Below are positions 39,617 to 53,527 of a DNA stretch of 64,000 nt, piece by piece. The position numbers and the translations under genes were made by a program. Each line of letters opens with the position of its first letter. The stretch's first letter is position 1. Where the stretch lies: assembly GCF_009914755.1 (NCBI RefSeq), contig NC_060932.1; one strand, written 5' to 3'. The notes under the pieces were generated by a model. That model had not been told where the DNA came from. It saw nothing but the letters and a program-made list of their open reading frames with translations, and did not search any database. This stretch comes from the human T2T-CHM13v2.0 reference genome, Homo sapiens.

Positions 39617-40671
39617 GTGAGTTAAAGCTCTTGGTAGATATACACAAATTTTATATGTGCATGCATATATACATATATAATTAAAATATATTTCATAAAA
39701 TATATTATGTATTTTTATATATTTTATGATTTTTTGGCAAATCAAATCACATCAGAGTTCCTTTTTTTATCCTCCAGATTGTCAGAAAATAAAAAGGTGG
39801 ACGTTTCTAAGGGCTGGTGAAAATGTAGATTACTGGTAAATCTCATGTGTTGGTATACTCACTTTGGAAAACAATTTGGCATTATCTACTAAAATTGGCG
39901 ATATGCCTACCCTATACCTAGTAAATACATGCCTGCATTTAAATTCTGCAGTAGTGCATGCGCATGTACCTTGTAAAGTTGAACTTGAATAGACTCTGTG
40001 ATCTAGTAATTTCTACTAAATACACTGGTATCTAGCATATACCAGTGTATATACCTAGGGAAATTCTTGCTTATATGCAGGAGAGGTTCACAAGAATGTT
40101 TATAGATTATATATGATGGCCCCAAAACTTTAATATATCAATACTATACCATAAATAAATGTTGATATATTCATATAGTATACTACACAATAGTGAAAAC
40201 AAATGAATTTTAACAGTGCTTTAACTAAATAAGTCTCAGAAACATGATGGTAAAGAAAATAAGCAGTTCAAAAATACAAAGTATAATTCTATTTGTATAA
40301 AGTCCAAAACTGAGAAAGTGAAATCATATTATTTAGGATACATTCATACGTGGGAAAACAAAGGAATAATTAACATTAAATTCAAGAAAGTATTCATCTT
40401 CAGGATGATAGCAGGGAATATCATCAGTGATGGGCTCAAAGAGGCTTTAAAGTACTGCTAATTTTCTATTTTTTAAGTTAACTATTTCTTAACTTTAAAT
40501 TGCATATATATTCCTTTTATATTTTTATAGATATGATTTTTTTTTTTTTTAAAAAGAATATTAGAAATCTAGGGAACGTCCTTAACTAGTTAAAGGGAAT
40601 CCTCCAAAAGCCTACAGCAAATGTCATGGTCATTTGTGAAACTTGAGAGACATTGTCTTTAAAGTTAGGTA

Positions 40672-41037
40672 TATTAGTCCCCGTTTATCAGTGGGTAATA
40701 TGCTCTAAGACCCCTGGTAATGAATGCTGAAAATTTGGAAAGTACTGAACCCTATATGTACTATGTTTTTTCAATTTGGTAGACGAGAGAACTACTAAGT
40801 GCCTAACAGGTGGGTAGCATATACAGCGTGGATATACTGGGTAAAGGGATGATTCACATCCTGGATAGGACAGAGTTGGACAGTGTGAGATTTCATCATG
40901 CTACACAGAACAGTGCGCAACTTAAAACTTAGGAATTGTTTATTTTTGGAACTTTCTATTTAATGTTTTTGGACTGCAGTTGACTGAGGGTCACAGAAAC
41001 TGTAGAAAGCTAAGCCTCAAATAAGGGGGAACTACTG
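40672..41037. mobile_element. MER44A MITE within L1ME remnant
   Basis: tagtccccgtttatc...ataagggggaactactg|TA termini. Confidence 0.8.
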
Positions 41038-41102
41038 TACAGTGCAAATATGCCTGCTGTCACAACTGTTCCATAGCATTTTACTGGAAGTCTGGGCTAG
41101 TA

Positions 41103-41490
41103 TAGTATACTAGGGCTGCTATGACAAAATATCACAGATTGAGTGGGTTTAACACCAGACATTTATTTTCTCACGGTTCTGGGGGCTTGAAGTCTGAGAT
41201 CCAGGTGTCAGCAGGTTAGTTTCTTCTGAGGCCTCTCCCCTTAGCTTTTAGGTAGCAATCTTCTTCCTCTGTCTTCACATGGTCTTTCCTCTGGGCATGT
41301 CTGTGTCCTAATCTCTTCTTATAAGGACGTCAGTCATATTGGATTAGGGCTCATCCTGATGACCTTATATAATAACCTAATTACCTCTTTAAAGAAAGGT
41401 CCTCTCTGCAAAACAGTCAGATTCTGAGGTACTGGGGCTTAGGACTTCAACATATGAATCGGGGAGAGGGGCACAATTGAGACCATAATA
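41103..41490 (-). mobile_element. MLT1A-like solo LTR
   Basis: ctagggctgctatgacaaaata...ggttaggacttcaacatatgaat-like end. Confidence 0.75.
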
Positions 41491-43110
41491 TGTAGTATGA
41501 AAAAAAGAAGAGGCTCTAAGGATTAGAATAGAGGCATAGAATAGAATGTGATTGGAAGAAAAATGTAAAAATACATAAATTTTAGATTTGTTTAAATTTA
41601 ATAAAAGTTTAGCAAGATTGCTACTGGATATAACAGCAATAAACCAAAGTTAAGAAGATGCTCCACACCAGCGAGAGCAATTAGAAACTAGTATTGAATA
41701 AAATGCATTTCATAATAGAAACAAGAACTATTAGGTACTTAAAAGCAATGCCTAACAGAAGATGTACAAAACATTATTAAATTATGTTTTTAAAAATACA
41801 AGTAAATGGAGAACTGTATCATGTTCATACTGGTAATAAGCCATTTCCTTATGATAATGATCCTCCAAATCTATCTATAAATTCAATGTAACTCCAATTA
41901 AAATCCCAACCAAATTGATCCGAAATTAACTTTTAAAATTAATCTGGATGAGTAAGGGCCCCAAAATATTTAGAACAATTCTGAAAAGGAAAGAGGGAAA
42001 AAAAACCATTGAGATGAGAATAATGGGGTTGATCACATATCAAGATTAGAAATAGAGCTATAATAAATAAAGTAGTATTACATCATTGCAAGGATATTTT
42101 TAAAAACTAGATCAAGGTAATAGAATATAGAATCCAGAAACAGATCCAGGTATATATAGGTAGATCTGTAAATCAGTGGCAGAAAGATTGACCTCTCAAT
42201 CATAGATGTTTGAATAATAACTTTTCCATGGAGGGGGCAAATTAGGCCTCAGATTTACTACCATATACAAAAACTAATTTCAGATGGATTAAGTTCTTAT
42301 TTGTGACAAAAATTCTCTAAGATTAAAAGCAAAAATGAGAGGCATGAGAGGTTTTTTTTTTTTTAGATAAGACACAAAGCAAAACTCAAAATTATTGGCA
42401 ATGTTTACTAAACTAAATATTTGAAAGCTTAGCATCAAAACACAGTGTAAACAATGTTAAAAGATGTATGATGGATGGGAGGATATGCATGCAACATATC
42501 AACAGAAGAGGGTAAGTGTCTTGCAGTCACGTAGAACCCCTTTTTTTATCTTTGTAAAAAAGATAATGGCTTAATAAGAAAAAAATAGACAAATATGCCT
42601 ACAATGGCCACTGAATATATGTAAAGGAGGTGAACCTTACTAGTAACTTAGGGTGTGCAAATTAAACCAATGATACGATACTATTTGACACCCGCCAGAT
42701 GGTGAGCTTCCAGAAATCTGACAATACCCATAATTAGCAAGGAGAACAAGAAGGAACCAGGTCAGAATATAAACTGGTGTATTTACTTTTTAATTTTTTT
42801 TGAGATAGAGTCTCTCCCTGTCACCCAGGCTGGAGTGCAGTGAGTGGCACGATCTTGGCTCACTCCATCTTCTGCCTCCTGGGCTCAAGTGATCCCCCTA
42901 CCTCAGCCTCCTGAGTAGCTGGGACCACAGGCACACACCACCATGCCCAGCTAATTTTTGCATTTTTAGTAGAGACAGGGTTTTGCTCTGTCACCCAGGC
43001 TGGGGTATATTTACTTTTGAGTGAAATTTGGCAATACCTAATAATGTTGAAAATGCATATGAGAAATCCCTCTTGTAGAAATGCATACTAGAGAAATGTT
43101 TTCAGATTTG
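41490..43110 (+). mobile_element. Old L1ME ORF2/3' fragments
   Basis: A-rich L1 ORF2-like segments (tataaattcaatgtaactccaattaaaatcccaac). Confidence 0.6.
42794..43004 (-). mobile_element. 5'-truncated AluJ
   Basis: TSD ggt(g/a)tatttactttt. Confidence 0.85.
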
Positions 43111-43147
43111 CCACAGAAATCCTATATATCAGATCGCCCCCTTCCCG

Positions 43148-43593
43148 TGAAGCTTCGTCTGTATTTACAGCCACTCTCCATCACTCATTGCTCACATTAC
43201 TGCCTGAGCTCTGCCTCCTGTTAGATCAGTGGCAGCATTAGATTCTCATAGGAGCCCAAACCCTATTGTGAACTGGCATGTGAGGGATCTAAGTTGTGTG
43301 CTTCTTATGAGAATCTAATGCCTGATGATATGTCACTGTCTCCCATCACCCCCAGATAGGACCATCTAGTTGCAAGAAAACAAGCTCAGGACTCCCACTG
43401 ATTGTACATTATGATGAGATGTATAATTATTTCATTATATGTTACATTGTAATAATAATAGAAATAGAGTGCACAATAAATGTAATGCACTTGAATCATC
43501 CCCAGAACATTTCCTCTTCCTCCCTCCTGGTCTGTGGAAAAATTGTCTTCCAAGAAACCAGTCCCTGGTGCCAAAAAGGTTGGGGACTGCTGC
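43148..43593 (+). mobile_element. MER1A (hAT-Charlie), one end missing
   Basis: gcattagattctcatagg...ccaaaaaggttggggactgctg. Confidence 0.85.
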
Positions 43594-43940
43594 TATATGT
43601 GTTTCCTGAACATCAATTGTAATAGCAAAAATTTGGGAACAATATGTCAATCATCAGGCAGGTGAATGAAAAATTTGTGAAATAGAGAAACCCAGGATAA
43701 ATGTAGAATTACAGAGTGAAAATGAATAAATACATTATAGCTATGTGTATTAACATGAGTAGAACTAGAAAACAAGGTTGAGTAAAAGGGCAAGTTGCAA
43801 AATAATATTAACTGACAGTCATTTAAAGTGCAAATACCTTTTCAAAGGTCCATGAAGTCAAAACTATTTTCATCATAATATTGAGAAGATACTTGTTTTA
43901 TTCACTGTCATTCTCTCATGAGTGTATGGTGGAGTTTTCT

Positions 43941-44082
43941 TTTTCTTTTTGTTTTTTTTTTTTATTTTTTATTTTTAGTAGAGAGGGGGTTTCACCGTGG
44001 TCTCCATCTCCTGACCTCGTGATCCGCCCGCCTCGGCCTCCCAAAGTGCTGGGATTACAGGTGTGAGCTGCCGTGCCCGGCC
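43941..44082 (-). mobile_element. AluY-like left monomer only, inside a Charlie-type MER (~43835-44290)
   Basis: 18-bp TSD tgtat(g/a)gtgga(g/a)ttttct at 43923-43940 and 44083-44100. Confidence 0.88.
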
Positions 44083-44483
44083 TGTATAGTGGAATTTTCT
44101 AGAGGCTGTTTGGTAATGATGCCATTGCTCTACCAACTAATGGAATGTGTGTTTGTGTTTTATTGTGTTTTAAAAATTTGTTTTTATTTTCAAATAAATT
44201 AAATATTGATAGATATAACCCATATAGACAATATCTCTTTTGGGTCCATAATATTTTTAAGAATGTGAAGAGTTTCCTTTCAGAACTGCTACTATAGACA
44301 ACTGCTGTGTAGCCATTAAAATAAAAATGAAGAATATTTGATAGGAAAATATGCTCACTATAATATATTAAATGTAAAGGGTAAATTATAAAACAGTATG
44401 TAGAGAATGATTTAATATTTGCAGCAACAACAAAAATACTATAGAAATATGCCTAGCTGGAGAATCAGACTAAAATGATGTTA

Positions 44484-44487
<4 letters not shown>

Positions 44488-44527
<40 letters not shown>
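44488..44527. repeat. (GT)20 microsatellite
   Basis: Uninterrupted GT run. Confidence 0.97.
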
Positions 44528-44529
<2 letters not shown>

Positions 44530-44754
44530 AACTTGCCACCCCTAGAGACAATTAACTTTAGTCTAAAACTTAAGTTTGTCATCCCTGGATTACAATTAGT
44601 TTTTATTTTCTGTACTTACTAATTTTTCTATAATATATATCTATTAACTATAATTTTTTTAATAGTACTTATTTAAGAAAATTACGTAACTCTTTTAAAA
44701 GGCAACTATAATTCTAGGAGACTGACTTTAATTCAGCAAATATTTATTTTCTAC

Positions 44755-45402
44755 CTACAATTTAATTCTGACGCTAACCACTCCGAGTTTAAGCATGGTG
44801 CCTAACAAGACTGCCCTCATTTCAGATGCTTGTTGCAAGTTTCGGGGCTCCAGGCCACCCACACTCTGACCTTACCGTCTACAAGTCTAGGAGGTTGCCA
44901 CAGCTCCCCTCAGGTTTAATGATTTGCTATAATGAATCATAGAACTCAGAAAATGCAGTACCTATGGTTATGGTTTTATTAGATAGAATACAGAGTAAGA
45001 CCAGCCAGATGAAGAGAGAGGGCAAGGTCTGGGAAGGTCCTGAACACAGAGCTTCTATGCCTTCTTTGAGAACATGGAGTTGGGGTGTGTCACCGTCCTA
45101 GCACAAGCAGCGTGTTCAACAACCAGAAAGCTCCTCTGAGCTTAGTGCTTAGAATTTTTATTAGGGTTTCATTACATAGGCATGATTGAATTATTGGCTG
45201 TGTGATTGAACTTAATCTGTAGCCTCTCTCTTCTCCCCAGAGGTCAAGCTCACTAAAGCCCCAACTCTGTAATCACAGTTATTCTTTCTGGTAAGCAGTT
45301 CCCCTCCTGAGTCATCTCCTTAGCATAAACTCGGGTATGAACCAAGGATTTAGAGTCTGCTTCCTAGGACCCAGGGACAAAGGCCAAATTCTTTATAATA
45401 TG
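44755..45402 (-). mobile_element. MER21B/C-like LTR
   Basis: aattctgacgctaaccac...acaagactgccctc; opposite orientation to the element at 15067. Confidence 0.6.
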
Positions 45403-45921
45403 GCACTGCTACATACGAAACCAAGCTAGGAGTTTGGAGGAGGGAGAGAGATTCCTGACATGGGTGGAAATATAAAAAATTTAATAAATTTTAGAGGTCC
45501 TTAAAGTTAACAGAGAAGTCAAGATGAATGTGTTGATTGGATGATTTAGACCGGGAGAAACTAGATTATTACTAAAATAAGCTACTTGGTGTCAGTAAGG
45601 ATCTGGGCTCTGTCATTTATTAGTTCTGTGACCTTGGGTGTTACTTATCCACTTTAAGTCTCAGTAAAATATGCATAATGAGGATTGTTTTTAGAATGAA
45701 GTTATTATATGAGCCTATTGTCAAACCCATAGAGGGCACCCAATAAAAGCTAGCTTTGATTTTTCAGTCTTACACTGTAGCTGAGTTTAAGTTAGAACAG
45801 ATGAGGTTGGAAGACATGGAAACAGTTAAAATGGAGAAAGATTAGTTAATATTTATACAGTTACAATAGAGATGGTATAAATTAAGCTATGTAAAATTTA
45901 TTCAGAATGTTGTTTTTTAAG

Positions 45922-46229
45922 TTTTTTTATATTTTTTTGAGACAGGTCTCACTCTGTTTGCCTAGGCTGGAGTGCAGTGGTGTGATCATGGCTCACTATA
46001 GCCTCGACTTCCTGGGCTCAAGTGATTTTTCCACCTCAGCCTCCTGAGTAAGCTGGGACTATAGATGAACGCCACCATGCCCAGCTAATTGTTTGTCTGT
46101 TTGTTTGTTTGTGAAATGGGGTTTTGCCATGTTGCCCAGGCTGGTCTAAAACTCTTGGATTCAAGGGATCTACCCACCTCAGCCTCCCAAAGTGCTGAGA
46201 TTATAGGCCTGAGCCACTGAGTCCCACCC
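45922..46229 (-). mobile_element. AluJ
   Basis: Diverged dimer; cagaatgtt flanks both ends. Confidence 0.87.
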
Positions 46230-46589
46230 AGAATGTTTTATTTAATCTCTCAATCTAACAAAAATATTTGAGTTTACTGTTGTCTAAACAATAAACATCC
46301 CAGTTTCTCATTACAATTCGGACCTGAATTATTCTGTGCCATTCCTATTCTATAATCAGATGCACTGATTATCTGCTGGCATCTTTTACCTGCAGTGCAG
46401 ATACAGAAACATGAAAAAAACAAACACAAGAATCCACATATGGGCTTCAAGGTGTCCATAAATCCCCTAAAAATGCTGTTCCTGCCTTTGACATACCAAG
46501 AATTTTTCTTCCTGCTAGCTCAGCTTTGCAGTTAAACAAAAATGATTTATAAATGTCAGAAAGCATTTTTAGGTACAGCTGCGTCAGAA

Positions 46590-46760
46590 ATGGTTTGTCT
46601 GAAATGCCTTCCAAACTTCAATGTGTGTAAAAATTAGAAGATGTTGTTAAAAATGCAGGTTGTGGTTCAGTAGGTCTGGGATGGGCACTGAGATTCTGCA
46701 TTTCGCACAAGCTCTCAGGTGATGCTTAAACTATTGGGGAGCCACATGCTCTGAGGAGTG
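46590..46760. mobile_element. MER5A-like
   Basis: ttcagtaggtctgggatgggcactgagattctgcattt..caagctctcaggtgatgct. Confidence 0.65.
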
Positions 46761-47676
46761 GGTGTCAGATCTGAAAATAGAAGTGGGTTCTGTGTTTGTC
46801 TAATGTGTTTCTAAGCAGACTAACTTTGTTGTTTCAAATTATTTCAAGTTATCTCACCGTCTTTTAATCATTTTTCTTCACAATTAATCAAATTATAGTT
46901 TTCACTTAGTCGTTTTTAACAGACTATACACAATAAATTCAAAATTGATTTAGCATATGAGTAATGATTCAAATGTCTAAATTCTCCAGTAGTTTCCGAG
47001 CAGCAGTGATAGTTTGAGTTTTTTAAAAAAGAAAAAGCTAAGCAGCAGTTGAAGTCTGTGTTCTTTAATATTTAAGTTAAAATTAGAAACAAATTGAAAC
47101 AGTGACCACAATAACTCAGTACCCTTGTCTTTCTGCTTCATCCATTGTTATCATTCTCTAAGTCACTAACCGTTAAAATACTCTTCATTCCTTTCTAACA
47201 TAATTCTTTGTTCATTTACTTCCTCTACACAAAGTTCTCTAATTCCAAATGTGTTACAAAGAAGAGACATTACGTGAAGCCGGGTGATGTGACCATCTCC
47301 GACCTTGATATGGAAATCCATGTTTTTCCATGATTTTCCTAAAACGATTCCTTTATAACTGGCTCCAGGACTTAAACTCACTGTTTTATCTTGATTTGGT
47401 TGTCTTATGTATAACCTCCCGTTATTCAACTTATCTGAAATTTTAGTTAGCTCTAATTAAATTTAATGTAGCCTCTTCATCATTTATTTTATGTTTGAAC
47501 TGTGGGCAAATACTGGGTTGTGTGCTTGAATGAACCACAGGCATAACATAGGATAAATAATGCCATGTTTCAGGTCTTTTAAGTGGAGAATTTGGCATGG
47601 ACATTTAAACATGTTTTTCATCTATTTTATTAGTAAGTTGTTTACCAATTCATCAGTAGTATAACTTCTGTCATAG

Positions 47677-47755
47677 GAATTAAATCAAATGCTCGCAGAA
47701 ACACCACCAGTTTGGAAAGGCTCATCGAAGCTATTTCGAAATCTTAAAGAAAAAG
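47677..47755 (+). CDS. MICU3: MICU3 coding exon (presumed exon 4), 79 nt, phase 0-1: ELNQMLAETPPVWKGSSKLFRNLKEK
   Basis: cttctgtcatag|GAA...AAG|gtgagt; open frame. Confidence 0.96.
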
Positions 47756-49064
47756 GTGAGTTAACCTTAGTACTTGTTCTTTTTTTAAACTATATTATGT
47801 ATACTATTTATATATGCATATTTTCCCATACCTAAAATAATTTTTAAATTACATCTATGTGTATGCATAGAGAAAAAACTGAAGAAGAAAACAGCAAAAT
47901 ATTAACATTTCTGGGTATTAATGTTGCTCTTGGGTAATTCCACCCTTCATTAAGGGTGGTTTTCATGTTATTGTTTATATATTATTTGTATCTTCCAAAT
48001 TTTTTTATATCAGATTGGACTTACATAGTTTAAAAAATTGTTCTTCAACCATATCAAAAAGTATATTTTATATTTACCCAAAGAAAACATTTCACAAAAA
48101 TACTAGATCTTCAAAGGTCTATTTTTCTTCCTTCCATTTTGCTCTGAGTGAATTATAGATGCTCCTAAACTAATTAACAGGAAAAATTTAGTGGATGTGT
48201 CCTTTGACAGCCTAATTTGGACATGTTTCCTTTAAAGGCCAACACTTACTGCAAATATACCTGTTTCAACTTACTCTATTATCAATATCAATATTAGCTT
48301 AATTCATTAATTTAAACATTTCCTGGCAATCAAATTATATGGCTTTTATTGTAATTTTCTTTTACAGGGTACCTTTTTACACATTTGTAGAAAAAATTTA
48401 TTAATCTTTTTAATCTTAAAAAGTAATATTTCTTGGAAATGTATTTTTTGTATCCTCAAATACAGGAATATGCAAAATAAAAATGTTAAAGAAATTACAT
48501 AAGCAGTTATATTTTCCCTTTTCATCAATTTTAACCAATATTGGTTTGAAAATAATGTACTTCAGCCTGAAGACAAATACTTTGAAGGAGTAGTTATAAT
48601 TCATATATTTTATTTAAGTAGAATTAGAAAGTTCATATTGCTTCCACGTGGTTTACATAGAATCTGAAAGGAAGAGACACCATATCTTTTATTGTAGGTG
48701 TTTCATAAGTAAGATTTTTAAATCTTCAAGAAACCTAGGCCAAAGTGTCTTAAAAAAAATCTTAGAAATTTTTTTCCTAGATGTTGTCTTAAAGATTGCC
48801 ATTCAGATCTTAGGGTGAGATAATAGGATGAGGAAAATTCAAAGCTCATAAGGATCAAGTAAGTATGGTGAATTTCAAACATTTTTCTTAATATACCTCA
48901 TGGGAAAATACAAATTGGATCAAATATAATCTGAGAAAAATAATGCATAGAAGAAAGAACCTTTTTTAAGTTAAGGGGAGGGTTTAATCTGGAAGTCCTA
49001 GGTTTAGGCATATCCTAATCCTTCTCATGTTATACACATGTTTGCATTTTTTTCCCCAGGGGAT

Positions 49065-49235
49065 AGAATCTATGCTGCACCACTATGACGGAAATACTCT
49101 GTTTCTATGCTGTCTCTTAGGTAGCTACTAGCCGCATATGGCTGTTGAGCACTTGAAATGTGTCTAGCGTAACTGAGGAACTTATTTTTAGTTGTATTTG
49201 ATTTTAAGTATTTTAAATTTAAATAGCTACACCCT
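49065..49235. mobile_element. MER3-like
   Basis: gtagctactagccgcatatggctgttgagcacttgaaatgtg. Confidence 0.65.
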
Positions 49236-49415
49236 GTAGTACAATGCGTATCTGTATCATATTAATTAGATCATCAGGGTGATGCATGATCCCAGAAAGT
49301 TTTAGAATCATTAGGTTAGGTAAAATAGAGAAGTTAGAAGAGCCTTGCTTTTTTTAAATAGCGATTAAGTGGCAGAGAAATTTTAAGACTAAATCTTTAG
49401 AGCTATTGAAGACTA

Positions 49416-49687
49416 ATTTTATTTTTATTTTTGTTTTATTTTATTTATTTATTGAGTCAGGGTCTCATTTTGTCACCCAGGCGGGAGTGCAGTGGTGCCA
49501 TCATGGCTCATTGCAGCCTTGACCTCCTGGGCTTAAGCGATTCTTCCCCCTCATTTTTTGAGTTTTTGTAGAGACAAAGTCTCACTTTGTTGCCCAGGCT
49601 GGTTTTGAACTTCTGGACTCAAACGGTCCTCTTGCCTCGGCCTCCCAAAAGTGCTGAGATTATAGGTGTGAGCCACCATGCCTGGCT
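49416..49687 (-). mobile_element. AluJ with internal deletion
   Basis: TSD aagactaatttt. Confidence 0.85.
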
Positions 49688-51585
49688 AAAGACTAATTTT
49701 AAAATTGTAAGTTTATCTACTTAAAATATTACCTCGAGAGAAAATGTTATGCATTTAAATAATAAAAAAATTGATATGCATTCATGAAAACATGTATTGT
49801 AGAGACTTAATTATAACAGCCAACTGCAATGTATTGTGTATAGGAATTAAACCATGTAATGCTTTTAAGGAACTTCCCTTAAAATTTGTTTTGATTGAAT
49901 TTTCGAAAGAAACCTAGTTGGCATCTTTCTTATCCTCTGTTTCTAAAGATCACACCATTACTATATGCCTAGCTTTTTTTTTTGTATTTTTTGATCCTGC
50001 ACGCCATAAATAAATTGAAGAGTTAGTTTTATAGTATTCTGTTTGTATAATTGGAAAGCATTAAAAATATACCGTTCATCTTCAGTAGTATTTTCTCTTT
50101 TCCTTGACCATTTTTATTAAATTATAATATATCATGGGTTTCACTTCATTTTTCTTCCCTGTGGTTTAAGCCACTTCAATCACCATGTGATCCTACAGAC
50201 AAACGCCTACCATGATATTCATGGTCTGGACACTCACTATTAAGTAGTCCTTTCCTTGAGGGAAATCTTGAGTTAACTATCAAATAAAAGATGCATAACA
50301 GTTATTAAAGTTCTTTATACCAACCAACATCTCTTGTGTATTCTACCAGGTCAACTAGAACAACAGTTAGTGAGATGGGATTATGGAGACAGCATGCCCA
50401 TTTCCCATCCCATTTCCTTTTCTCACCCCTTCTTTTATGCTCTTCTTTCATTTTTTGAGGGATCCCTACAGACTCTTAAGTATTGTATCTTTATATACAT
50501 TGACCATTCCAGAATCTTTCTCCCATAACATTCATGGCAATCAACCAGAACTATCTGTCTATAGGTCACAATATTCTAGTATAAACAAAAGAAGGGAATG
50601 AATGCTTTCAGGGCCTCCTGGCTAGTGCCCTTCATGTCTCTGACAAACTGCCTGACAGTGACTCCTCTTCTCTTTGTTCTGTAACAAAGAAGACAGCCTC
50701 AAAGAACATCAGATAAAATGGAGTTTTAAAGTTCACAATCTGGTTATTTTAAGGATTTTTATACCCTTTTACCAAGCGTCAGAACTATCTGATATCTAAA
50801 TAAGTATTGTAGATACAGATTACTGATGTCAATCTTCTCAGTATCTACTTGGAAGGTCAGTTGAAGCACTAAATCTAGTTTTGGGTTTTGTATTCCAAAA
50901 GCAAGAATTCAAGTAACAGAATGCACTTTTTTATTTACTTCAAAAGCACTCCTTTTGAAATTTGCAAGTATGGAGTTACTGAGAACTCAGGATGCGATGT
51001 ACAGAAAGTATAAGCCATTTAATTACAATAAAAACTCCTCAGGGTACATTTAATAGAAGCATTGAAGATAATTTGAAAGCAGAAAAGTGGTAACTATAGA
51101 GCTTTACTCTTAAAATGCGAAACATCACATTTCTAAGTAACAGGGTCTAAGTGTTTTATCCAAGTGTTACTAAAAAGTAATTAAGCACTTTACAGTGTTA
51201 ATTAACTATTTCCAACCTTTTTATTTTTACTTGTTTTTTCCTTTAAGCTCTGTTGGACTTGACAACTTTTTTATTTTGTGTTAAGAGTCGTACATTAGAA
51301 ACTAGCAACAAGTTTAAAAGTTACTGCTATACGTATGCATTATAATTTTGCTTTTTTTGCCAATATATTTGAGAGCATAATGATTTTATATGGATATCTA
51401 CAAAGGCATGTGGAACAATTAAAGTAAAATTAAATTTGTTGCTTCTTTTGTTATGATTTTATAATAATGATTGTCATTTAAAATAATATCTAGCATCTAT
51501 TTTAAACTACAAGCTCATTATTTATAGCATTTATTGCTTCTAGAACAATATTTTATATATATAACTGATACTATTTTTCTTGTAG

Positions 51586-51633
51586 GTGTGATTTCTTACA
51601 CAGAATATCTTTTTCTTTTATGTATTTTAACAA
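51586..51633 (+). CDS. MICU3: MICU3 coding exon (presumed exon 5), 48 nt, phase 1-1: (G)VISYTEYLFLLCILT
   Basis: tttttcttgtag|GT...CAA|gtaagt; conserved MICU GxISYxEYLFLLxIL motif. Confidence 0.96.
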
Positions 51634-52149
51634 GTAAGTATACTTATTGCTTTTATTTCTGGATGCAGCTTTATTTTTTAAACGAATCTTGGAAAGCAGA
51701 TCTTAGGTTCTCTTACTCTTGAAAATCAATATCCATGCTGTTCTGCAAAATTCATGTTTAATGCTACAGAAAAATGCTAAGCATAGCACTGTAAAGAGTC
51801 AAAAACATAAATGCTACAGCTTATGGTATAGTAATAAATGCTCATAAATTATAAATTTAATATTACGTGTCAATTCTTGTGGTTTTAATCTACCTCAGAC
51901 TCCAAAGGTCATGACATGTAATAATTTATAAATTCCCTACTGTACTCATTTGAATCATATTTTCTGCCAGACTGATGTGAGAGAGAGTGTCTCTTAACTA
52001 TTGAGTCTATCAGAATACCCATCATTCACATCTAAAACTTCTATTTTTCTCCCTGTCAGGTGCAGCATTTCTTAGGAAATATATGAAGGGTTTACTATGT
52101 TTTCAGTTAAATTTCTTTGCATTTAATGGAGACAATCTGTTATAGTTTA

Positions 52150-52537
52150 CTGTGTTCCAGCCACCTGGCCTTTCTATTCCTTGAATTGCCGCCTCAGGGA
52201 TTTGTACCTTCTGCTTCCTGTGCCATCAGTACTTATCCTCAAGATCCCCGTGATAATAAACATCATTTAGGTTTCCTTTCAAATGTGAAAATTTAGCAAA
52301 TCCTTACTTGGCCAGCCTCTCTAACATAGCTCCCTCTCTCTTTGTATCTCTTTACTGCGTTGCATATTCTTCATATCAGACTATTTGAAAGTATTATTGG
52401 TTTACATGTTCTTGTCTCCCCACACTTGAATGCAAGGTCCATTATGGCAAAGATTTTTTCTTTTTTGTTCATCTCTGTATCAAGAACAGTGTCTCGCACA
52501 TGGTACCCTTCCAAAAAGTAGTTAGTGAATGAATGAA
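52150..52537 (+). mobile_element. L2 3' end
   Basis: Ends with gtgaatgaatgaa; gaatgcaaggtcc...aagaacagtgtct. Confidence 0.6.
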
Positions 52538-52822
52538 GAAAGGAATACATGAAAGAATACTGCTAGTGGAATTTCCAGTTGTGGAGATATGTGGAGATGC
52601 ATGGAAACAAGAACATCAGTAAAACTCTGTCATTAGAAACAATCTAAAAATACCTTGTACTTCTTTGATTAAAAAATTCACACCACTGTGTTATTCTTAA
52701 CTTTGTAACTTAGCGAGGAATGACGTTAACATTGAGTTCTGTTACAGTAAGTTTTGAGAACAAGGAATGTGTACATGCACTCACATATGTGTATTTCAAA
52801 AAATATTTTTTTCTCTTGGACT

Positions 52823-53527
52823 TGTCACCTTGCTCACTGACTAGACTGAGCCAATTTATCAAGACGGGAATTACAACAGAGAAAGAGTAATTTACACAGA
52901 GCTGGCTGTACAGGAGACTGGAGTTTTATTTTTACTCAAATGAATTTCCCGAGCATTCAGGGATCAGAGTTCTTAAGGATAATTTGGTGGGTAGTGGGTG
53001 GGTGAGTCAGGAGCTCTGGTTGGTCGGGTCAAAGATGAAATCATAGGGAGTTGAAGCTTTTCTCTTGAGCTGAGTCAGTTCCTGCGTGAGGACCACAAGA
53101 CCAGATGAGCCAGTTTATCGCTCTGTGTAGTGACAGCTGATCCATCAAGTGTGGGGTCTGCAAAACATCTCAAGCATAGGTCTTAGGTTTTACAATAGTG
53201 ATGTTATCCCCAGGAGCAATTTAGGGAGGGTCAGAATCTTGTAGCTCCAGCTGCATGACTCCTAAACCATAATTTCTAATCTTGTGGCTAATTTGTTAGT
53301 CCTACAAAGGCAATCTAGTCCCCAGGCAAGAAGGAGGTTTGTTACGGGAAAGAGCGCTTATCATCTTTCTTTTAAACTATAAACTAAGTTCCTCCCAAAG
53401 TTAGTTTGGCCTAACTAAACAAGAAGCAACTGAATGAACAAACACAGCTTGGAGATTAAAGCAAGATGGAGTTGGTTAGTCAGATCTCTTTCACTGTCTC
53501 CATTATAATTTTGCAATGGCAGTTTCA
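52823..53527 (-). mobile_element. LTR8-family (ERV1) solo LTR
   Basis: TG...CA termini; minus strand begins TGAAACTGCCATTGCAAAATTAT; 4-bp TSD GACT at 52819-52822 and 53528-53531. Confidence 0.88.
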
